A stretch of DNA of 64,000 nucleotides. Source: Lysobacterales bacterium (GTDB lineage Bacteria > Pseudomonadota > Gammaproteobacteria > Xanthomonadales > SZUA-36). Under the pieces are notes generated by a model. The model ran no database searches, had not been told where the DNA came from, and worked only from the letters and a program-made list of their open reading frames with translations. The stretch is from the NCBI GenBank assembly GCA_021648125.1, contig JAKITK010000006.1, positions 13,640 to 77,639 of the forward strand. The letters are read 5' to 3'. The translations under genes and the position numbers were made by a program. Positions 1 through 7,406 of this stretch are shown here, piece after piece (positions within the stretch are counted from its first letter, which is position 1; each line of letters begins with the position of its first letter).

Positions 1-684
1 GTGTTTATGCAACAGGCGGGCAATATCGTGTACCGCCGAGATTCTGCCGGAAACATTCGATGCCGCTGAAAATGAACCGATTCGATAGCGATTTAAATAG
101 CGTGGGTCTTCGAGTAATTCCTCAAGATGCTTGAGATCAATACCTCCGCTGGCATCCAAACTGACTTCAATAACGGTTGCCATACCCTGCCGCCAGGATA
201 TTTCATTGGAATGATGTTCGTATGGGCCAACAAAAACAACCGGTTGGTGTTGTTGGTGATGCTGGCGGAATTCATTAGCTTTATCTTCACCAAAAAAATC
301 ATCGAGGCAATGGTCTAGTTTTTCTCGACTAACTGGGGCTAAGGAGATACCAAGAATTTGCTGTAATTTATCGATAGCACCAGTCGCACCTGTTCCGTGC
401 GCAATAATACGCCCATCAATGCCGGCATTAACCGATTTCTTGATCGCAGTCTCGGCCTGATGCAGCAGGCGGGTCATGCTGCGGCCGGTAATGTCATCTT
501 CAGTATGAGTATTAGCGTAATTTCGTTGCAGCGACTGCAGATATTTTTCCACGAAACTCAGGCAACGACCAGATGCAGTGTAATCACAATACACCATAAG
601 GCGCTCGCCAAACGGTGTCGTAAAGCTTGAATCTATACCGATAATTTGTTGCCGTAAAAACTCTGGTGTTAGCTTTGTATTCAT
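1..684 (-). CDS. aminotransferase class V-fold PLP-dependent enzyme (cysteine desulfurase/selenocysteine lyase-like); N-terminal part only, C-terminus runs off the window
   Basis: Not in the supplied ORF track because it is open to the window edge. Hand translation of the reverse strand from ATG 684-682 gives 228 stop-free codons: MNTKLTPEFLRQQIIGIDSSFTTPFGERLMVYCDYTASG...VFVGPYEHHSNEISWRQG...GSFSAASNVSGRISAVHDIARLLHKH. The YCDYTASG, HHSNxxxW and SAASNVSG blocks are typical of class V aminotransferases. Confidence 0.75.
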   Translation of the reverse strand, partial: MNTKLTPEFLRQQIIGIDSSFTTPFGERLMVYCDYTASGRCLSFVEKYLQSLQRNYANTHTEDDITGRSMTRLLHQAETAIKKSVNAGIDGRIIAHGTGATGAIDKLQQILGISLAPVSREKLDHCLDDFFGEDKANEFRQHHQQHQPVVFVGPYEHHSNEISWRQGMATVIEVSLDASGGIDLKHLEELLEDPRYLNRYRIGSFSAASNVSGRISAVHDIARLLHKH

Positions 685-1411
685 TAAAATACCTGATTTA
701 AGACTGCTAAAGGCGTGAGTTGCCTATCATCAGGAATTATACTCTCATTTAGCAGAGTCAAACATCATTGCTCCCCCGCCCAAGCCTACCGGTGGGCATG
801 TTTGTCTGAAAGAGTGGACCCAAGCATAGCACTGATTTACCACTCCCAATTTGGTGGCGGTATGGCTTTTTGTCGCCTGGGGTTTGGGATTGGCGCAAAA
901 TAGCACTGTAAAAGAGCAGAAACCAGTAACATTCATACAAATACAATAAGTTTTCGTGGTGAATCAACTCACATATTGTCTTAAATTGCTGTTTGCTATA
1001 TGTATAATTGTGGCAATATAGCTTTTATGCTACCTATACTCGAACCTAGCTAAGTCTGTAACCGTAGAGTAAGTACGATTAACAGTCTCTCTTCTTTTGT
1101 GAGAATAAAGTCGTACATTCCACTCATTACAAAACAATCAGTTGCAGACCTCTTTTTGCTGGATTGATTTAATAAAGCCGTACATTTTTCACACATCTTT
1201 ACGAAGGTATTAGCTGATCCCCGATTTGTCGTCATGTTTGTTGGGTTTACATCCAAATATGTACTATATATGCATTCAAAACTGCACCAGCATATGGGCG
1301 GTACATCGGTACATCGGTACAATTAATATAATCCAGTTTCACCCAGGGTCAAAATCCAGTGCAAATGCTGGTAATAATTTGAGTGCAATTCAACACTGTC
1401 TCAAAATAAAC

Positions 1412-2308
1412 TTATCCGAATATGTCTTTGATGGTATGCCATGAACATCCCACGTCACCACTGTAACTGAACTTGCCTTGAGGCCTACGTTGGTTTATAT
1501 CAGTAAAGCTTTTGATTGCCTCAATTAGCTTTGCATCCACAATAGTGTCCTCGTTAATGGCCTTCAGAGCTTCTCTAGCAGTTTCCCTGTTGAGCTCAAA
1601 CTTTTTATCATTGTTTTCGATATCACTATTAGTGATTTCAGGCATTTCAGCAAACCCATGAATTACCATTGCGACTGGAATATGAGTTAGTAACGGAGCG
1701 CTTGAAACTGTTTTGTTATCCTCATTGTAAATTAGTGTGATTTTAAGCAAAAATGCAAACACACCAAAATCTGAGGAGGGTTTATGGTCAGAAGATATGC
1801 TGAATTGAAAACGATCGACCGATTGTGCCGCGACTGCTTGAGAGATGTTTAATTTGTTCGCGCTTCCTTTGGCACTCAAAATATTAATATCGTACGTTCG
1901 AGATACAGGAACAGCGGAAGATTCAATGTTTACGAGTGGCAAGTCCCAGTGCCCGATGGTCTCAATCACAGCTTGTTTAATAAATACGATCTCATCTGAA
2001 TTATTTCGTAGCTTTACATCAATGATTGCTGCCTCATGTTGATGCTCTACTGTGATGTCAACGAACTCTATGTTTGCTGAAAGATGCTCTCTGGCATGAT
2101 TAATACTAATATTTTGTATTTGAGTGTTAACTGAGTTTCTGCCTGATTGCACTATCTGTTGATTGCCAACTTCGGAGTTGGCTTTTACACTTTGATGTAT
2201 TTTATTTCGAGCCCTCTTCGAAACCCTCTTTTCTGAAAAAAAGAAGATAAGGAATGTAATGAAGAGTGAAATAACAAAAACACCGACCCCATTAAATATC
2301 CACTCCAT
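1412..2308 (-). CDS. hypothetical membrane-anchored protein, no recognisable family
   Basis: 298-codon ORF. It has one N-terminal hydrophobic helix (GVGVFVISLFITFLIFFF) followed by a KR-rich stretch, a Q/N-rich linker and a ~230-aa soluble part with no motif I recognise. It lies in visibly AT-rich DNA. Confidence 0.5.
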   Translation of the reverse strand: MEWIFNGVGVFVISLFITFLIFFFSEKRVSKRARNKIHQSVKANSEVGNQQIVQSGRNSVNTQIQNISINHAREHLSANIEFVDITVEHQHEAAIIDVKLRNNSDEIVFIKQAVIETIGHWDLPLVNIESSAVPVSRTYDINILSAKGSANKLNISQAVAAQSVDRFQFSISSDHKPSSDFGVFAFLLKITLIYNEDNKTVSSAPLLTHIPVAMVIHGFAEMPEITNSDIENNDKKFELNRETAREALKAINEDTIVDAKLIEAIKSFTDINQRRPQGKFSYSGDVGCSWHTIKDIFG

Positions 2309-2320
2309 ATTCTCTACTAT

Positions 2321-2446
2321 CCAATTATTCCAATTATTTACATTCTACTCTGACCCCAATTATTCCCCAATTATTCCCCAATTATTCCCCAATTATTCCA
2401 ATTATTTCCAATTATTTACCCCAATTATTTTTTCCAATTATTTTTT
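2321..2446. repeat. array of ~10 copies of the core CCAATTATT, including 4 perfect tandem 11-bp units CCCCAATTATT (2354-2397)
   Basis: Read directly. Cores start at about 2321, 2330, 2356, 2367, 2378, 2389, 2398, 2408, 2421 and 2434, spaced 9-14 bp. The array begins 13 bp upstream of the start codon (2308) of the minus-strand orphan gene. Confidence 0.9.
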
Positions 2447-2460
2447 ATCTCCCCTGGGTT

Positions 2461-2769
2461 TTGATAGGAATTGAACCAATTTTAATTATTGGTATGCAGC
2501 TTTTCGTGTTTCATTCTCAAGGCTGGCTACATACCAATTTAATAGGTGAAATGGACAAATTTGATAGATGGTTTAATTCTCCTGCCAATCATCGCATGCA
2601 TCACAGTGCCGATATCAAACATCAAGATGTAAATTTTGCTGCTATATTTATGCTATGGGACAAAATATTTGGGACTTACATAAAACCAGAAAAAAATCTT
2701 CATTATGGGGTTAATGGAATAGCCGAGGACAATTCATACATTAAAGTTTATACCAACCCCTGGAAATAA
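2461..2769 (+). pseudogene. 3' fragment of a sterol desaturase / fatty acid hydroxylase family gene
   Basis: The translation carries only the last histidine box and tail of the family (NSPANHRMHHSADIKHQDVNFAAIFMLWDKIFGTY). The two upstream His boxes and TM segments are absent. Homology stops where the CCAATTATT array begins. Confidence 0.6.
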
Positions 2770-2943
2770 CCTTCGTCCACCCTAGTTTCAACGCCCATTG
2801 TCAGCTGGCTGGCACTTCACCGTATCCACGATATTTCGCCAGGAATGGTGTTAAAGGCGGCTTAACTTTCTATTGACGACACTCGTTACTAATGAGGAAA
2901 TTACAAATTAGCGCTATACTATAAGTAGTTTAATGTTAAACTA

Positions 2944-2959
2944 TATTGATTAATCAATA
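2944..2959. promoter_or_regulatory. perfect 16-bp palindrome TATTGATTAATCAATA, candidate MarR operator
   Basis: Seen in sequence 13 bp upstream of the ATG at 2972 of a two-gene unit whose second gene is a MarR-family regulator. MarR dimers bind palindromes of this size. Confidence 0.3.
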
Positions 2960-2971
2960 GAAGGTATCAGA

Positions 2972-4123
2972 ATGCATCGACGTAAATTTTTGAAGATTGC
3001 AGGGTCGGCAAGCGTTATTGTTGCTGCAACAGCTGGCACCGGGTTTTTCTTAACACGCTCACCTACAGATGCTTTAAAGCCCTGGAAAAATGCTGGATCT
3101 ATATATTCCGACCCGATAAGATGGGCTTTGTCGTACGCTATTTTGGCCCCCAACCCGCATAATCGGCAGCCGTGGCTTGTCGATCTGATAAGCGATACTG
3201 ATGCAGTATTGTACTGTGACCCGGATCGCTTACTGCCAGTCACGGACCCGTTTAGCCGGCAAATTGTGATCGGGCTTGGGTGTTTTCTGGAGCTGTTTTC
3301 AATTGCTGCATCAAATCAAGGATACCAGGCAGGTATTCGGTATTTCCCTGAAGGAGAGCCGGGCGAGAAACTGGATAGAAGGCCGATTGCCTATCTGTCG
3401 CTCAAACAACAACCTGACTTAAAAGCAGACCCATTGTTTACTCAGTGCCTAAACCGCCAGACCAACCGCAGCCCGTTTGACACGAGCCGGCAGGTCAGTG
3501 ATACCACCTTGCAAGGCCTTAGCGAAGTGTCTGTGGGTGATGTAAGAGTTGCTGTAACAAATAGCGAGAAATTACGAGATGAGCTTAGAGTGTTGACGCG
3601 GGACGCTATGGTTACCGAATTTAGAACCGCGGATGCGTATCAGGAAAGCGTTGATCTGATGCGTATTGGCCGGGCGGAAATTGAGCGTAATCCAGATGGT
3701 ATTTTCCTGTCTGGGGCCTTCCTAGAGTCTTTGCGATTGGCGGGTATATTAACCCGGGAAAACCTGGCCGATCCAAACTCGAAAGCATTTCAAACCGGCC
3801 TCTCCATGGTCGAAGAAAATACGATGTCGGCCATGGGGTTTATCTGGATCAATACGCTTGGAAACGAGCGTATTAGTCAGATTGAGGTTGGCCGAGCCTA
3901 TATGCGTATTGCTCTTCAGGCCAGCGCCGAAAAGCTTGCTATTCAACCAATGAGCCAAGCATTGCAGGAATATTCCGCGGTCGAACCATATTATAAAACG
4001 ATTCACGCTAGCCTGGCTCAGCAGCCAGGGGAGAGAGTGCAAATGCTAGCTCGAATTGGTTACGCTGCAAATACTGGTCCTACCCCTCGCTGGCCTTTAG
4101 AGGCCAGGATAATGGAGAGTTAA
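2972..4123 (+). CDS. Tat-signal nitroreductase-fold (Acg-like) FMN oxidoreductase family protein
   Basis: N-terminal twin-arginine signal MHRRKFLKIAGSASVIVAATAG. NPHNRQPW motif and overall length are typical of the Tat-exported nitroreductase-like family. Confidence 0.75.
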   Translation: MHRRKFLKIAGSASVIVAATAGTGFFLTRSPTDALKPWKNAGSIYSDPIRWALSYAILAPNPHNRQPWLVDLISDTDAVLYCDPDRLLPVTDPFSRQIVIGLGCFLELFSIAASNQGYQAGIRYFPEGEPGEKLDRRPIAYLSLKQQPDLKADPLFTQCLNRQTNRSPFDTSRQVSDTTLQGLSEVSVGDVRVAVTNSEKLRDELRVLTRDAMVTEFRTADAYQESVDLMRIGRAEIERNPDGIFLSGAFLESLRLAGILTRENLADPNSKAFQTGLSMVEENTMSAMGFIWINTLGNERISQIEVGRAYMRIALQASAEKLAIQPMSQALQEYSAVEPYYKTIHASLAQQPGERVQMLARIGYAANTGPTPRWPLEARIMES

Positions 4124-4125
4124 AG

Positions 4126-4584
4126 GTGCCAGTTAATAAAGCAGTGTCTGAAGAGCCATTGGCATTCAGTTTGCTCACCGAAATAGGTATTATCGAGCAG
4201 CTCTCAAGCAATATATTAGAGCAAGGGCTGCCTGATGGTCTCAAGCTATCTCAGTTTGTGGTGTTGCACCACTTTTGTCGTTTAGGTGGAGATTGGAACC
4301 CGGTACGACTGGCCAATGCATTCCAGGTTACCAAAGGGGCGATGACAAACACACTGCAAAGACTAGAAAAACGCGGCCTTGTGACGATCAGGCCAAATCC
4401 ATGTGATGGGCGTGGGAAACTGGTAAGCATTACCAAAGCAGGAAGGGATATGCGTAAGCAATGCATAAAAAGTGTTGATCCAGTTATAGCTTCCCTTTCT
4501 GAAAAAATTGCTCGGGAAGATTTATTAGTTGCTTTATCTGTTTTGGAAAATATTAGAAAACGGCTGGACACTAACAGGCCATAG
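4126..4584 (+). CDS. MarR family transcriptional regulator
   Basis: 152 aa. The wHTH core LSQFVVLHHF...VRLANAFQVTKGAMTNTLQRLEKRGLVTIRPNPCDGRGKLVSITKAG is typical of MarR. Starts 3 nt after the upstream stop. Confidence 0.85.
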   Translation: MPVNKAVSEEPLAFSLLTEIGIIEQLSSNILEQGLPDGLKLSQFVVLHHFCRLGGDWNPVRLANAFQVTKGAMTNTLQRLEKRGLVTIRPNPCDGRGKLVSITKAGRDMRKQCIKSVDPVIASLSEKIAREDLLVALSVLENIRKRLDTNRP

Positions 4585-4850
4585 TAAAGCCCTCCCAATT
4601 TGACAGATACTTTAAATCAGCGACTATAGTCATATCAGGAGTATCTAGAAATGAGCCGAATAACAAACTATCGGGCAGGCATTTGGCACAAATACATGCT
4701 GGCCAGAATTAGCGCGCAAACACTCATTGCCTGGTTTTTGAATCAACCGCTTCACCGAACCATAAGATATAGTTTGACTGGCCTTATACTGTCATATTAA
4801 AGCGCATAATATTTTATTAAATTACCCAATATTCATAAGCTTATACCCCA

Positions 4851-4933
4851 TGCCAGAATTTGCCAGAATTTGCCAGACCCATTTCTAGACTTTTCCTTTA
4901 GTATCGGATATCAACTTAAAAGTCGGATATCAA
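4851..4933. repeat. two sets of short direct repeats in the 5' region of the FG-GAP gene: TGCCAGAATT x2 plus TGCCAGACCC (4851-4880), and TCGGATATCAA x2 (4904-4914, 4923-4933)
   Basis: Read directly. They could be binding sites for a direct-repeat-binding winged-helix regulator; that function is inference only. Confidence 0.6.
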
Positions 4934-4937
4934 GATA

Positions 4938-7397
4938 ATGCTATTTAGAACATGGAAGTTTTTTATAACCAACTCGAGCTTTATTGCTTTCTGGATATTG
5001 TTAATGTCTATGGCTGGAGCACCTGTTCTTGCCAAAGGGATACAAACAGAACTGCATGAAGATCAACAAATCAGCTCTTACAAAGGCCCTGAAGGCTTAA
5101 CTCAAAAAGAGTGGGGCAGCATTAAAAAGCTGTTAAAAAATAAGCAGTATGGCTCCTTCAAGCAGGTTGATGGAAGTTATACAAGTAGTAATATTGCCAA
5201 TGGCTGGCAGATAAAATATGGTACAGATGGCCATACCGTACTTACTCCCTACGGATCCCAGGAAAGCCAATACTATATAGGTTTAAAATTAAAATCATTG
5301 GGTTATGCGAAACAAACAAGATACGAAAACCCTGAAAGACTAACAGCAAGTGAACAAGAATTAAGCTATCACTGGGATGATAATGTTAAAGAAATCTGGA
5401 CAAATTCAGCCGATAAGCTAGAGCAGTGGTTTGAAATTCAACAACAACCTCAAGGCGAGCTAGCAGGTCACCAACTGGTATTGCAACTAGCCTTGAGCAC
5501 AAATTTAGAAGTTATCCAGTCTGGCGATGCACTAAGTTTTTCTGATAAAATTAGTTACGATAAACTCAAAGTATGGGATAGCAAAGGCGTTATTATGCCT
5601 GCTTCTATGCAGTTACAAAACAATATGATAGCGCTGGTTATCGATGACAGCCTGGCTCAATACCCACTGACCATAGATCCAAGCTTCCAGCAACAAGCAT
5701 ACCTTAAGTCATCTAACTCAGAGTCTGGAGATTTATTTGGCTGGTCCGCTGACATCTCAGGAGACACCTTGGTAGTTGGCGCACATGGCGAAGATAGTTC
5801 GGCCACTGGTGTAAATGGTGATGAATCTAATAATTTAGCTGAAGCTTCAGGGGCCGTATATATTTTTATCCGAACAGCTTCGGGCTGGCAGCAGCAGGCC
5901 TATATAAAAGCCTCAAACACTGATTCGAATGATCAATTTGGTCGGTCGGTGGCCATTTCAGGTGATACGGTGGTGATTGGTGCCTTTAATGAAGACAGCA
6001 ATGCCACCGGAGTTGATGGTGATCAGGCCAATAACGCAGCAGCTGTTTCTGGTGCGGCCTATATATTTACCCGTACCGGTACTAGCTGGGAACAGCAAGC
6101 CTACCTGAAGGCTTCAAATACAGGTGCAGATGACTGGTTTGCTTACCAAGTTGATATTTCTGGTGATACAGTTGTGGTCAGCTCTCAACGAGAGGATAGC
6201 AACTCCACAGGCATTAACAGCTCTCCGAATAATTTTTCTACAAACTCTGGCGCGGCTTATGTTTTTACCCGGAATGGGGCAGGTGAGTGGGATCAGCAAG
6301 CTTATTTAAAAGCCTCAAACACTGGAAATTTTGATGGCTTTGGTGGTTCAATTGCAATATCAAATGATACTATTGTGGTTGGTGCTCGTGCCGAAGGGAG
6401 TAATTCTATAGGCATTGATGGCGACCAAAGCAATAACCTCGCTACTGAGTCAGGTGCGGCGTATATATTTACCCGTTCCGGTGAAAGCTGGACTCAGCAG
6501 GCCTACCTAAAAGCTTCAAATACTGATGCCAGAGATCATTTTGGTAATCCAGTTGCTATTGCCGACGATACAGTGGTGATAGGCGCACTGAATGAAGATA
6601 GTAATGCGGTAGGAATTGACGGCGATCAAACTGATAACTCTGCAAACTCAGCAGGTGCGGCTTATGTTTTTACCCGTAGCGGAACCGCCTGGGAACAGCA
6701 GGCATATCTGAAAGCCTCAAATACAGGCGATGGCGATCTATTTTCCTCAGGTATCGGTGTATCAGGTAATACAATCATAATGGGAGCCCAGCGCGAGGGC
6801 AGCAGTGCTACAGGCATTGATGGTGACGAAACTGATGATTCATCTGGCTCTGCAGGCGCCGCATATGTTTATACTCGCATAGAGGGTGTTTGGGGCCAAC
6901 ATGCTTATCTAAAGGCTTCAAATACAGGTGGGGGTGATGAATTTGGTAGTAATGTCACCATTTCTGGCAATACAGTACTGGTTGGAGCTGCCAGAGAAGA
7001 CAGTAATGCCACCGGTGTTGATGGTGATGGCAACAATAATTTGGCTCGTACATCAGGTGCTGTATATGTGTTTGGCGACCTGATAACAACGGATTATAGC
7101 GTTGGTGGCACAGTAGCTGGCTTGACAGCAGGAAATAGTGCGACTCTACAAAATAATGCCAGTGATGACTTAAGCATTCTTAGCAATGGAAGCTTTACCT
7201 TTAATGCCCCGATAGCTGATGGTGATCCATTCGTAGTTACAGCTTCTGTTCAACCAACAAACCCAAATCAAATCTGCACAGTTACCGGTGGTAACAGCGG
7301 CAATAATGATGGAGCCGGGATAATAGCGGGCGCAGCAATTACCAATATTGTAGTTACTTGTAGGGGCGAGTCGATATTTAGTAACAGCTTTGAATAA
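4938..7397 (+). CDS. secreted FG-GAP / integrin-alpha-like 7-bladed beta-propeller repeat protein
   Basis: Signal-like N-terminus (FIAFWILLMSMAGAPVLA). Seven ~61-aa repeats (about 5688-7083) follow the pattern QQAYLKASNTxxxDxFGxSVAISGDTVVVGAxxEDSxATGxDGDxxNNxxxxSGAAYxFTRxGxxW. Confidence 0.85.
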   Translation: MLFRTWKFFITNSSFIAFWILLMSMAGAPVLAKGIQTELHEDQQISSYKGPEGLTQKEWGSIKKLLKNKQYGSFKQVDGSYTSSNIANGWQIKYGTDGHTVLTPYGSQESQYYIGLKLKSLGYAKQTRYENPERLTASEQELSYHWDDNVKEIWTNSADKLEQWFEIQQQPQGELAGHQLVLQLALSTNLEVIQSGDALSFSDKISYDKLKVWDSKGVIMPASMQLQNNMIALVIDDSLAQYPLTIDPSFQQQAYLKSSNSESGDLFGWSADISGDTLVVGAHGEDSSATGVNGDESNNLAEASGAVYIFIRTASGWQQQAYIKASNTDSNDQFGRSVAISGDTVVIGAFNEDSNATGVDGDQANNAAAVSGAAYIFTRTGTSWEQQAYLKASNTGADDWFAYQVDISGDTVVVSSQREDSNSTGINSSPNNFSTNSGAAYVFTRNGAGEWDQQAYLKASNTGNFDGFGGSIAISNDTIVVGARAEGSNSIGIDGDQSNNLATESGAAYIFTRSGESWTQQAYLKASNTDARDHFGNPVAIADDTVVIGALNEDSNAVGIDGDQTDNSANSAGAAYVFTRSGTAWEQQAYLKASNTGDGDLFSSGIGVSGNTIIMGAQREGSSATGIDGDETDDSSGSAGAAYVYTRIEGVWGQHAYLKASNTGGGDEFGSNVTISGNTVLVGAAREDSNATGVDGDGNNNLARTSGAVYVFGDLITTDYSVGGTVAGLTAGNSATLQNNASDDLSILSNGSFTFNAPIADGDPFVVTASVQPTNPNQICTVTGGNSGNNDGAGIIAGAAITNIVVTCRGESIFSNSFE

Positions 7398-7406
7398 AAT
7401 CAAACG

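Noticed and set aside
1050-1322. 90-aa minus-strand ORF downstream of the orphan gene as a second islet gene (contains CEKC)
   Set aside because: It sits in AT-rich DNA where random ORFs of this size are expected. There is no ribosome-binding site that I can see, and no recognisable motif beyond one CxxC. I kept it only as part of the unexplained non-coding stretch.
2321-2446. Possible CRISPR array (regularly spaced short repeats)
   Set aside because: The units are 9-11 bp and directly abutting, with no unique spacers of 25-40 bp, no longer palindromic repeat and no cas genes. It is a microsatellite-like tandem array.
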